From a plasmid: DNA of 64,000 bases. Under the pieces are notes generated by a model that was given only the letters and a program-made list of their open reading frames with translations, ran no database searches and had not been told where the DNA came from. A program made the translations under genes and the position numbers. Within the stretch, counting starts at the first letter, position 1; each line of letters begins with the position of its first letter. The stretch lies in sequence record NZ_CP010801.1. One strand, 5' to 3'. Shown here piece after piece: positions 41,240-49,682 of the stretch.

Positions 41240-42778
41240 GTGGACGCAATCATAGGATTCATCGCCGCACTCACGCTCTCTTTGCTGAGCATGGCGGGGT
41301 TCGCAAAGTACGCCGACATGGGTGTGCGCAACATTCAGACTTCAGCGATCGCCAGCCAGGGCCGCGTCATTGACCAGGCTGCTGCGCAATATGTGCAGGA
41401 CAACGCAGCTGCTCTGGCCGCGAGCGTGCCCGTAGGTGGCGCAGCCACAACGATCTCCGTGAACACACTCCAGACTGCGGGTTACTTGCCGGGCGGATTT
41501 TCGGCAAACACTGCGTTTGGCCAGACGTGGCAGGTGCAAGTCTCGCAGCCCACTGCTGGGAGGTTGCAAACCATCGTCATGACGACAGGCGGCAATCCGA
41601 TCACCAACACCGCACAGCTTGCAGGCATTGCTGCGCAGATTGGGGCAGAGGGTGGTTTCGTGCCATACGCCAATCAAGGTGGTAACTCAGCAATGAGCCC
41701 ATCCAACGCCAACGGCGCGTTTGGCGCGTGGCAGGTGAACCTGGGTGCGTCCGGTTTCACCAACGCCGGCTCTGGCCACGTCGCCAACCTGCTGGCCTTC
41801 ACCAGTCAGCAGTCCAACGCCAACTACCTGTATCGCGTCTCGGTGCCAGGCCATCCTGAGTTGAACGCAATGCAGACCGACCTCTCGATGCAGGACGTCG
41901 GCGGAACAGCACACAACATCGCCGGCGCAAACAACGTCACGGCCGGCGGCACGGTGACCGGTGGCAAGCTTGTTTCAAACGGTGACGTGAACGCAGCTGG
42001 CAATGCCACGATCAATGGCACCCTCAGCGCTGCGGCCGGCCGCGTTACCGCCTGGAATAATGCGGCAGAGGGTGGGGTCATCACGATGCAAGGCGCCAAT
42101 GGCGTCAACATGTACGTCGAGAACCTCAACGGGACTTTGCGCCTGGTCAACAGTCCCTGGAACGCGCAGCTGCTGACTGTTGACCAGTCGGGCAACACCG
42201 TGGCCAACGGCGGAGTTTCGTCGACAAACGCGCCGGGCTACGGGCAGACCACCTTGAATCAGTGGGGCCTTGCAAGCACGGGTGACATCTATGTCGAACC
42301 CGCCAACGGCCACAACCTGAATTTGAGCACTACGGCGTGGAATGGAACCGGGCAGCTGAACAGCCAATTCGCTCAAAACTGGTTTCAGCATCGCGTCGTC
42401 GCGAATGAATATCTTCAGGTCAATGGGGGAGCCAGTCCGAACACGTCGTGTTCTCCGAATGGTATTGCCGCGGTGAATGCTGACGGATCCGGCCAATGGC
42501 TGAATTGCGTCTTTGGCACGTGGAAGCCGATTGGCGGCAATCTGCTGCGCTATGGCAAATACACAGCGACCCACGGGACGTACATTCCAGCGCCCTCGTG
42601 TCCTGCAGGCGGTACGGCCATGATTGTGGTCACGCCGGCCAATTTCTCAGTCGATACAACCACGACTGTCAATTATGGCGCTTGGGGATCCGGACCTTGG
42701 ACGGTGTACATCGTCGATGGCGCGTCGTCTCCACTTTGGGGTGCAACGGCCGCAGTCGGAACGTATTGCGGTTATTAA
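41240..42778 (+). CDS. PilV-like pilus tip adhesin / minor pilin, large Gly/Asn/Thr-rich protein
   Basis: GTG start 8 nt after AAGGA. It has an N-terminal hydrophobic helix (AIIGFIAALTLSLLSMAGF). About 510 aa are beta-rich and low-complexity, as in thin-pilus adhesins. Confidence 0.5.
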   Translation: MDAIIGFIAALTLSLLSMAGFAKYADMGVRNIQTSAIASQGRVIDQAAAQYVQDNAAALAASVPVGGAATTISVNTLQTAGYLPGGFSANTAFGQTWQVQVSQPTAGRLQTIVMTTGGNPITNTAQLAGIAAQIGAEGGFVPYANQGGNSAMSPSNANGAFGAWQVNLGASGFTNAGSGHVANLLAFTSQQSNANYLYRVSVPGHPELNAMQTDLSMQDVGGTAHNIAGANNVTAGGTVTGGKLVSNGDVNAAGNATINGTLSAAAGRVTAWNNAAEGGVITMQGANGVNMYVENLNGTLRLVNSPWNAQLLTVDQSGNTVANGGVSSTNAPGYGQTTLNQWGLASTGDIYVEPANGHNLNLSTTAWNGTGQLNSQFAQNWFQHRVVANEYLQVNGGASPNTSCSPNGIAAVNADGSGQWLNCVFGTWKPIGGNLLRYGKYTATHGTYIPAPSCPAGGTAMIVVTPANFSVDTTTTVNYGAWGSGPWTVYIVDGASSPLWGATAAVGTYCGY

Positions 42779-42790
42779 CGGGAGGGAAAA

Positions 42791-43414
42791 ATGAAGCGGA
42801 TTTTGCGGATTCTTCTGTTGGGTCTGTTGTTGTTCGGTGCGCGCGCCGCGCTGGCCAACCCCACGCTCTGTTCGCCTGGCTATCAGGACTCGACGTGCGT
42901 CACGCCGATCAGTCACGGGGCGATTCCAGCCCCCCAGTGCTCGACCGATGCAGGATGGACTACGATTTCCAACGCAGTCTGGTTGGGGGCGCAATGGAGC
43001 CAGCCGCAGTGCAATTATCAGGCTCCGCCTGCTTGCCCGGCCGGTTACACCCAAACGAGCCCACCTTCGTGGAACGGATCGAGTTGGAGTGCGCCAGGAT
43101 GTTCACCGCCGGTCGCCGCCAACCCTCAGCCGACGCTGACCTGTCTCTACGACTATAACCACAATGTTCGGTTAGCACCATATGGGAATTGCACAGCTGA
43201 TGGGGGCTGTGACGGTATGGCATTGCAGGTCATGTGGGGTGGGAACGGCTTTCAGACCGTCGTATTTCAATTTTGGCCGAACGACTACACTGTGACTGAC
43301 ACAGACATCAACCAAGCGCTTGCCGGAACCGGTTACAGCCGCGGAGCTTTTATGGCGGGCGGCGGCGGCAACGGGAACGCGTCAGCATCCGAGTCGTGGC
43401 AGGTTTGCCACTAG
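42791..43414 (+). CDS. secreted Cys-rich protein, hypothetical
   Basis: 207 aa with a signal peptide, 14 Cys residues and repeated CSP/CP motifs. Confidence 0.45.
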   Translation: MKRILRILLLGLLLFGARAALANPTLCSPGYQDSTCVTPISHGAIPAPQCSTDAGWTTISNAVWLGAQWSQPQCNYQAPPACPAGYTQTSPPSWNGSSWSAPGCSPPVAANPQPTLTCLYDYNHNVRLAPYGNCTADGGCDGMALQVMWGGNGFQTVVFQFWPNDYTVTDTDINQALAGTGYSRGAFMAGGGGNGNASASESWQVCH

Positions 43415-43432
43415 CGAGTGCCAGCAAGACGC

Positions 43433-43463
43433 AAAAAAGGCCCCAATCTTGGGGCCTTTTTCC
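43433..43463. terminator. bidirectional rho-independent terminator
   Basis: AAAAAAGGCCCCA-ATCT-TGGGGCCTTTTTCC: a GC-rich 9-bp stem flanked by an A-run and a T-run, between convergent genes. Confidence 0.8.
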
Positions 43464-43478
43464 TTGGATGGCAGCGTG

Positions 43479-44534
43479 TCAGCCGACGATGTTACCCGTT
43501 GTGAACGTGAAGCTGCGAGTGAAAGGCGTGCCGTTGATCGTGCCGCTCAGATTCACTGAATACTGCGTATTCGGCTGCAGCGGCGACGCAGGGTATGCGA
43601 CGGCCTGTTCCGGTTGAACGAGCTTGTTCGGATCGTTCGTCGAATTCAGGATCTGCAAGCTGATGACCGTTCCGGTGGTGTCGGCCATCGTCGCCGACGT
43701 CAGCAATACCTTATCGGCACCCGGATTCCCCATGACAACCACCGGCGTACCCCAACCCGAAGCCGAGACGTTCGGTGGCGTCGGGATTTCGCCCGAAATC
43801 GACTTGTACGCTACGCCGGTCACGCCCTGGCACGGGAAGGTCAACGGGCCGTTGCTAATCGCTTGGGCCTGCGTGTTGAACAGGCTCATGCTGTCCCAGG
43901 ATTGCGTGTAGGTGTAGCTGCCAGACGTCGTTTGCGTCTCGTATTCGCCGATGCCGACAGTGTTGACCGGATATGCCGCAACAACCGAGTGGTAGACGCC
44001 CGCGAGCAGCGAATACACGAAATTCTGGCCAGCTACCTGGGCCGTGAACGAAGCGCTCGTTGTCGCATAGCCACCGCTCACGCCCACACCCAGGACGTTA
44101 CTCGGGAATCCAGCCGCAACGGCGCGATCGACATACGTTGCCCCCGTATAACCCTGGTTGCTCGACACTTCGCTATCCGAGACAGCGTTGTTGAGGCCCA
44201 TGTACTTGGCGTGCGCCTGCGCCGCCTGATCCAGTACCGTGTTCTCCTGCAAGGCAGGAAAACCACATTGCGTGCGGTACTGGTTCAGCTGGGTCAGTGC
44301 CGCCAGCTGCGCGCTGGAGGCCGTGTATTGGGGCGTCGTCAGCGTGCCCGTTACGGTCGTGGATGTGCCGCCGGTGCTGCCGCCCGTGCCGCCCGTGGTG
44401 GTGCCACCGGTCGTGCCGCCGGTGGAAGTGCTGCCGCTCGTGGTGCCGCCATCGCCGCCGCCACAGGCTGCCAGCGCGGTGCACAGCAGGAGTGCGCACG
44501 CGAGAGATGTGCGCTTAAAGGTAATCGTGCTCAT
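43479..44534 (-). CDS. CAP-domain (SCP/PR1-like) lipoprotein
   Basis: 351 aa with lipobox LAACGGG, a Gly/Thr-rich linker, then a CAP-like region (...LAALTQLNQYRTQCGFPALQENTVLDQAAQAHAKYM...). A strong RBS (AAGGAG) precedes it. Confidence 0.6.
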   Translation of the reverse strand: MSTITFKRTSLACALLLCTALAACGGGDGGTTSGSTSTGGTTGGTTTGGTGGSTGGTSTTVTGTLTTPQYTASSAQLAALTQLNQYRTQCGFPALQENTVLDQAAQAHAKYMGLNNAVSDSEVSSNQGYTGATYVDRAVAAGFPSNVLGVGVSGGYATTSASFTAQVAGQNFVYSLLAGVYHSVVAAYPVNTVGIGEYETQTTSGSYTYTQSWDSMSLFNTQAQAISNGPLTFPCQGVTGVAYKSISGEIPTPPNVSASGWGTPVVVMGNPGADKVLLTSATMADTTGTVISLQILNSTNDPNKLVQPEQAVAYPASPLQPNTQYSVNLSGTINGTPFTRSFTFTTGNIVG

Positions 44535-44578
44535 GATGCTCCTTTCTTCTTGGTGGATTGCCAGTCATGCCAGCGGCA

Positions 44579-44845
44579 TTATGCCGAAGGCTCTTGTACT
44601 TTCTTTGCGGCCTGCGCCGCCATCCCAGCCACAACTTGGGCCAGTCCCCTCTCCATCGCGTCAATGCGCTCCTCGACCGCGCTCAGCCGCTTGTCGTGCG
44701 CGGCCGGCGTATCGATCTGCTCATCCATGACTTTGCGACGCAGATATTCAGCGAGTGAAAGCCGTGCGGCTTTCGCTTGTTCGACAACCCGTTCGCGCTG
44801 CGAAGGCGTCAACAACAACAGGATTCTTTCTGTATATCGTTCCAT
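44579..44845 (-). CDS. ribbon-helix-helix protein (MobC/CopG-like)
   Basis: 88 aa from the internal ATG. MERYTERILLLLTPSQRERVVEQAKAARLSLAEYLRRKV fits the RHH beta-strand plus two-helix pattern. Confidence 0.6.
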   Translation of the reverse strand: MERYTERILLLLTPSQRERVVEQAKAARLSLAEYLRRKVMDEQIDTPAAHDKRLSAVEERIDAMERGLAQVVAGMAAQAAKKVQEPSA

Positions 44846-44857
44846 GTCTGAATAATA

Positions 44858-44930
44858 CCAACTCGCGCAACACAACGCAACATGCGTTGCTACAACACCA
44901 CTGTACTACAGCATTTGTTGCGCGTGTTGG
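44858..44930. promoter_or_regulatory. inverted-repeat operator candidate (CCAACTCGCGCAACA ... TGTTGCGCGTGTTGG) with embedded GTTGCTACA motif
   Basis: 15-bp arms (1 mismatch) 43 bp apart, between the divergent RHH gene and the 44952 operon. An inner palindrome GCAACATGCGTTGC is also present. Confidence 0.4.
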
Positions 44931-44951
44931 TCTTTTTGCTACAATCGAACA

Positions 44952-45875
44952 ATGCAAATCCACCCCCTTACCCTCTCCGCGAACAAGTTACATATGCCGC
45001 CCCGCATGGCGGTGTCCGCGCCTCCGCCGCCACTCTCTCTCGACGACATCGAGCGCGACGCTATGCTGCTTGAAAAGCACGAGCGAATCCGTCGCTGGCA
45101 GTGTGGAGCAGGGGGTCTTGTCGTGGGTCTTATGTTGGGAGCCGGCGGAGCAACACTCGCTTGGTGGTATTCCGCAAAGTTGACCGCCCCCACGATCAAT
45201 AGCTCGTCGGCCAAGCAATCGTCGATCAAGCAGATGGCGATTCCAGCAAGCGCGGTCAGTGCGATTGCTCCGGTAGCCAGCGCAGTCATTGCTGCAACGT
45301 CTGATGCCAGCGCACCGCAAGTCGTGGCGCCAGTGTTCGCATCGGCGGTTGTCGCCTCCGCGCAAGCTCAGCAGGGCTCAATCCAAAAAGCCTCACCTAC
45401 CACGCGGCCTGCGGCTTCCGCGCCCCTCGCAGCCGCCCCCGGCGCACAACAGATGCAGGAGCTTCGTCGCATCATGCCGTTGCCTCCGTTGCCTGCTGCG
45501 GCGACCGCACCGGCGCTTCCCCTGCAGGAAAAGGCCAAGCCGGAAAGGGTGGCGGGCAGCCCCGCACACGCCGATGCTTCAAACGTCGTGCTCTACGTCG
45601 CAAAGCCCGCGGGGGAAATCACACCGGCAGCGCCCGCGCCCTCCGCTCCTGTACCACCAGCAACTTCGCAACCGGTCGGGCATGCGCCCGCCACACCAGG
45701 TTTTCGCATCGTCTCCATCCCGATGCCTGGGCTCGCGATGGTCGCGCAGGGAGAGAACGTCACGCCGGTACATGCCGGCGGCAAGCTCCCTGATGGCTCC
45801 GTCCTTGAATCCGCCGATCCGACGTCGGGTGTGGCGCGCACCAACCGCACGACCTTTACTCTCAAAGGAAAATAA
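44952..45875 (+). CDS. membrane-anchored Ala/Pro-rich protein, hypothetical
   Basis: 307 aa with one TM helix (GLVVGLMLGAGGATLAWWY), a long low-complexity A/P region and a C-terminal globular segment. Confidence 0.4.
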   Translation: MQIHPLTLSANKLHMPPRMAVSAPPPPLSLDDIERDAMLLEKHERIRRWQCGAGGLVVGLMLGAGGATLAWWYSAKLTAPTINSSSAKQSSIKQMAIPASAVSAIAPVASAVIAATSDASAPQVVAPVFASAVVASAQAQQGSIQKASPTTRPAASAPLAAAPGAQQMQELRRIMPLPPLPAAATAPALPLQEKAKPERVAGSPAHADASNVVLYVAKPAGEITPAAPAPSAPVPPATSQPVGHAPATPGFRIVSIPMPGLAMVAQGENVTPVHAGGKLPDGSVLESADPTSGVARTNRTTFTLKGK

Positions 45876-46474
45876 TGGGCAACCTGCTCCGACATTCGTA
45901 CAGCGACAATAGCCAGATCAACCCGCAATCCCACTTGCAAGATGAGCAAGACGACGCAAACACAGATCCGCGCGCCCAGTTGATCACCGATCAGAACATC
46001 GAACGCTACCGGCAGGACGCAAGCCAATTCGCCCCTACGCAACCACCCAAACCGATCAAGCAGGCCAAGCCGATGGCGATCGGCGTGGTCGAAGTCAATG
46101 ACGCAGCTGAAGGCATCCGCACGTATATCGCCGAAGGCGACGTCATTGAGGGTGATCTTCGTCTGAAGACCTCAGGGCTTCGCTTGGCTGGACACGTCAA
46201 GGGCCGTATCTACTGCGAGAAGGGCTCAGTCATCGTTGAATCTACCGGCGTCGTTGACGGCGGCATCGAGGCCGAAGGCCGCGTTATCGTTGACGGACAG
46301 GTGGGGCACCAAAACAACATTGAAAACACCGGCGCCACGCGCCTGATCATCCGCACGCCGGGCCTACTGGCGGTGTTGGGTAACGGCAAGGTTTACGGCA
46401 ATTACCACTACGGGCGTATCGCCTGCTACGACGACGCGACCATCGAGGGGATGGGGCGCAAGGTAAGGGGCTAG
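45875..46474 (+). CDS. bactofilin-like (polymer-forming cytoskeletal) protein
   Basis: 199 aa. The C-terminal half has repetitive G/V/I beta-helix-like spacing (...GRIYCEKGSVIVESTGVVDGGIEAEGRVIVDGQVG...) as in the bactofilin/DUF583 family. Its start overlaps the upstream stop (TAATG). Confidence 0.55.
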   Translation: MGNLLRHSYSDNSQINPQSHLQDEQDDANTDPRAQLITDQNIERYRQDASQFAPTQPPKPIKQAKPMAIGVVEVNDAAEGIRTYIAEGDVIEGDLRLKTSGLRLAGHVKGRIYCEKGSVIVESTGVVDGGIEAEGRVIVDGQVGHQNNIENTGATRLIIRTPGLLAVLGNGKVYGNYHYGRIACYDDATIEGMGRKVRG

Positions 46475-46477
46475 GAG

Positions 46478-47119
46478 ATGCAGCGCTGCTCGGTGCATTT
46501 CGCGGGCCGGCTGATCGATCTGGACGATCCGGGCGCGCTGGATGTTGGCGCCATCGCTGCAACGCTCTCTCGCATCTGCCGTTTTGCCGGCAATCTGCGT
46601 GACGATCACCAGATCTCGTGGCACAGCGTCGCTGACCATTGCGTACTCACGGCGGAACTGTTGCGCCGTCGTGGGATGCCGGCCCAGACATGCTTGGCCG
46701 GCCTTTTGCACGACGCACATGAGGCACTGATCGGCGATGTCATCACCCCCACGAAAACATGGCTTACCGGAGGCGGCTACGGCACGACCCATGCAAAGCG
46801 CAAGGAACATGATCTGGAACGCAAGGTTCTGCGCTCTCTCGGCTGCGAACCGGGCACGCAAGCAGGGGTTTTCGTCAAGCAGGCGGACGTAGAGGCGCTT
46901 CACATCGAAGTCTGCGCGCTTGGCCTGCCGCATACGTCGTTCGGGCTGCGCAGCGTGGTCCCGTTCGATCAAGCGATGCTCCGCGAGCTTGGCGTCTTGC
47001 AGCCGACCGCGCATCTGCCCATGGCCGCCGTATTCCTGGCCAGCCAACAGCGGTTTCTGAAGACCTATGCAGCCTTGCGCATGACGGGCGAGTGCGTGCC
47101 AGAGGCTGCCCATGCCTGA
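46478..47119 (+). CDS. HD-domain phosphohydrolase, YfbR-like 5'-deoxynucleotidase family
   Basis: Motifs WHSVADH and LLHDAHEALIGDVITPTK match the YfbR/HD-3 dNMP nucleotidase signature. An AGGAG RBS precedes it. Confidence 0.6.
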   Translation: MQRCSVHFAGRLIDLDDPGALDVGAIAATLSRICRFAGNLRDDHQISWHSVADHCVLTAELLRRRGMPAQTCLAGLLHDAHEALIGDVITPTKTWLTGGGYGTTHAKRKEHDLERKVLRSLGCEPGTQAGVFVKQADVEALHIEVCALGLPHTSFGLRSVVPFDQAMLRELGVLQPTAHLPMAAVFLASQQRFLKTYAALRMTGECVPEAAHA

Positions 47120-48014
47120 CGCAAATCCTCGCGTGCTGGTCGTCGGTGCAGGACCGGCTGGGCTGACTTGCGCAAGCCATCTTGCCAAGATGGACGTGGC
47201 GGTTGACCTGGCCGAGCAAGGCCAGGCCGTCGGTGGCGCGGTTCGCCAATATGAGCACGCCGAAATCTGGGTGCCGATTCCTGGCCTGACCGCTAATTCG
47301 CTCGTTGCCGGCTTCCGCCAGGAGGCCCGCCAAGCCCGCCTGACGCTTCTGCTGGGCCGACGCGTGACATCAATCCAGGTGCGCGAGGATTGCATCCTTG
47401 CCGATGATCAGCCGTATGCTGCCGTCGTGCTCGCCACGGGCGCTCCACCGCGCGGTTTGGAGCACGCCGGCGAGGGAGTGATCGTCGCGCCGGGCAGGGC
47501 GTTGGAATCGGTCGATGTCCGTGGTCTGCGTGTGGCGGTGTGCGGCGGCGGTGACAACGCGTTCGAAAACGCCGCCCGCATGCGGCGCGAGGGCGCAGCC
47601 TGTGTAGATGTGTTCTCTCGTGGGGATCTCCGCGCAAGACCGCAACTCATCCGTGAGGCGCTTGATCTTGGCGCACGGATTGCGGTGGGCCCGTATCGCA
47701 TCGAGGGGCGACGAATCGTGCGCGCGCAGGATCCACGGAACGACGACCAATTTGACATCGTGGCAGTGCTCTGGGGATTCGCACCGCGCCTCCCGAAGAT
47801 CGAGGCGCCAGGCCTGACTGCAGGAGCCCCCCTCAAGGGCCGCCACCCACTGCCGCGCCTGTGGGTAATCGGTGACGCCCTTCCTGACGAGGAGCGATCG
47901 ATCCTCGCTGCAATGGGTGATGGATCACGTGTGGCGAAGGCTGTAGAAGCCTTCCTGCACAGCGATCAATGCTGGACCGAAAAGGCATTGTCACTGGGTG
48001 CCGTCGATGCTTGA
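47112..48014 (+). CDS. FAD/NAD(P)-binding oxidoreductase (thioredoxin-reductase-like fold)
   Basis: An N-terminal VLVVGAGPAGLTCA dinucleotide-binding motif, a second VAVCGGGDNAFENA GG motif and a C-terminal WVIGDA. Confidence 0.65.
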   Translation: MPDANPRVLVVGAGPAGLTCASHLAKMDVAVDLAEQGQAVGGAVRQYEHAEIWVPIPGLTANSLVAGFRQEARQARLTLLLGRRVTSIQVREDCILADDQPYAAVVLATGAPPRGLEHAGEGVIVAPGRALESVDVRGLRVAVCGGGDNAFENAARMRREGAACVDVFSRGDLRARPQLIREALDLGARIAVGPYRIEGRRIVRAQDPRNDDQFDIVAVLWGFAPRLPKIEAPGLTAGAPLKGRHPLPRLWVIGDALPDEERSILAAMGDGSRVAKAVEAFLHSDQCWTEKALSLGAVDA

Positions 48015-48741
48015 GTTTATGATGCAGCGCGATGATGGCGTGTGCAAAGTGGAGCGCGCTGCCGTACGCCAAGCGCACTGGATGTGCGACGACATTGTGG
48101 CCGAGGCCGGAGCAGCCATAGCGGTTTTGCGCGGCGAGCCAGATGGCTACAGGCGCGATGAGCGGCACCTTTGTCCCGTCGGGACCGTCGAGTTCTGCCG
48201 CGAGTGGATGCGCTTGACTGGCGTGGCCGAGCCGGTGCCGATCGATTATCCCGCGTCGTTACGCGATGTGCTGGGCCGCGTCGTACAGTGCGTGCCATTT
48301 GCCGACGCGACGATCGGGGCGTGGATCAAGCCAGCGCGTACGAAGGCCTGGCTCCCGCAAGTCAAGCAATCGGATCGTGACCACCATCCTGACGAGCTTG
48401 TTTGGGAATCAGCCGTCATCCCGGAATCTGACTGGCTAGCTGAGTGGCGCGTCTACGTGCGCGATGGAGCGATCATTGGCTGCGGCAGGTACGACGATCG
48501 ACCGGTGGAGAACATCGAGCTCGACGCCAAGCTCGTGGAGTCGTGGATCCAGCGCTGGGAGGCCACCGGCCGGGCACCACGCGGCTACGCACTCGATGTG
48601 GCGCGTTGGCCAAGGCAAACGGTGCTTGTAGAAGCGACCGACGCCTGGGCAATCGGCCTGTACAAGGGAACCTGCCGGGCGGAGGGCTACACCAGGATGC
48701 TGGCCGCACGCTGGGGAGAAATAGCCAAGCAAGTCCTCTGA
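48007..48741 (+). CDS. ATP-grasp-like protein, hypothetical
   Basis: About 245 aa. ...PESDWLAEWRVYVRDGAIIGCGRYDD... is compatible with an ATP-grasp C-terminal subdomain. Family assignment is tentative. Confidence 0.45.
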   Translation: MLEFMMQRDDGVCKVERAAVRQAHWMCDDIVAEAGAAIAVLRGEPDGYRRDERHLCPVGTVEFCREWMRLTGVAEPVPIDYPASLRDVLGRVVQCVPFADATIGAWIKPARTKAWLPQVKQSDRDHHPDELVWESAVIPESDWLAEWRVYVRDGAIIGCGRYDDRPVENIELDAKLVESWIQRWEATGRAPRGYALDVARWPRQTVLVEATDAWAIGLYKGTCRAEGYTRMLAARWGEIAKQVL

Positions 48742-48808
48742 ATGTTGCATTGTGTTGCGTCTATTGGTAATTGTGGTAAAATGCCACCAACCATAGGGGA
48801 GCACAATC

Positions 48809-49672
48809 TTGAATTTCAACAACATCCGCCGTTCTCTTCGCTTCGCTCTCGCCCTGCTGGCGGCCGTTGCGCTCGGTGGCACGCTTACGCCAGGGCTGGC
48901 GCGCCAACACCATCACCAACTCTCGCTGACAGACATCTTTGGCGCACCGGCACTGTCACAAGACTGCGAGAGTAACTTCTTGCAAGGCCAGGCCCCACAG
49001 GTCACGAATCCAAAGCTGGCCGCCCAAACGCGCGAGCTTTGCAACCCCGGGTATGCCGTGCTTCATTCAGGCATCACCCGCACGCCGCTTTGGAGCGCCG
49101 AACACCTGACGCAGCCTCGTATCCGCGCTTCGATCAATCTGAGCCGCGAAGACAGCTTCCGCTCCGATGATCGTCTGCCGATGGCTGAGCGTGCCGAGCT
49201 TGACGATTACGCACGATCTGGATGGGATCGTGGGCACATGAGTCCCAACAAGGACGCACCGGACAGAACCAGCCAGTCCGCGACGTTCCTGCTGTCGAAC
49301 ATGATCCCGCAGGCACCCAAACACAACCAGCACCTGTGGGAATCCATTGAACGAGCAACGCGCCAGCTGGCGCTCAATGGACATGACGTCTACGTGGTGA
49401 CCGGCCCGGCATTCCTCGGGAGCCAGTTGCGTCGCACCGGACACGTGGCCATTCCCTCGCACGTCTGGAAGGCTGTCTACGTGGCCGACACGGGTGAAGC
49501 TGCGGTGTGGTGGACGGAGAATACCAACGAGTCCGGGTATGATTTGATTTCGCTCGATGAGCTTGCCCGGCGCACCAGTATCGCCCCCTTTCCGGCCGCT
49601 TCTGCTGCATCTCGTGTGATGGTGGCGCGCCTGCCGAAGCCGCGGCAGCGCCATTCCAGCAACAACTTCTGA
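48809..49672 (+). CDS. secreted DNA/RNA non-specific endonuclease (Serratia-nuclease / EndoG family)
   Basis: Signal peptide (LRFALALLAAVALGG), the catalytic DRGHM motif and the NMIPQ...N metal-binding region. TTG start after AGGGGA. Confidence 0.8.
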   Translation: MNFNNIRRSLRFALALLAAVALGGTLTPGLARQHHHQLSLTDIFGAPALSQDCESNFLQGQAPQVTNPKLAAQTRELCNPGYAVLHSGITRTPLWSAEHLTQPRIRASINLSREDSFRSDDRLPMAERAELDDYARSGWDRGHMSPNKDAPDRTSQSATFLLSNMIPQAPKHNQHLWESIERATRQLALNGHDVYVVTGPAFLGSQLRRTGHVAIPSHVWKAVYVADTGEAAVWWTENTNESGYDLISLDELARRTSIAPFPAASAASRVMVARLPKPRQRHSSNNF

Positions 49673-49682
49673 GGGGATCCAG

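Noticed and set aside
43614-44855. 413-aa plus-strand ORF
   Set aside because: Antisense to the CAP lipoprotein and RHH genes. The Arg/Ala-rich translation crosses an intergenic region.
46364-47395. 343-aa minus-strand ORF
   Set aside because: Antisense to the HD hydrolase and flavoprotein genes.
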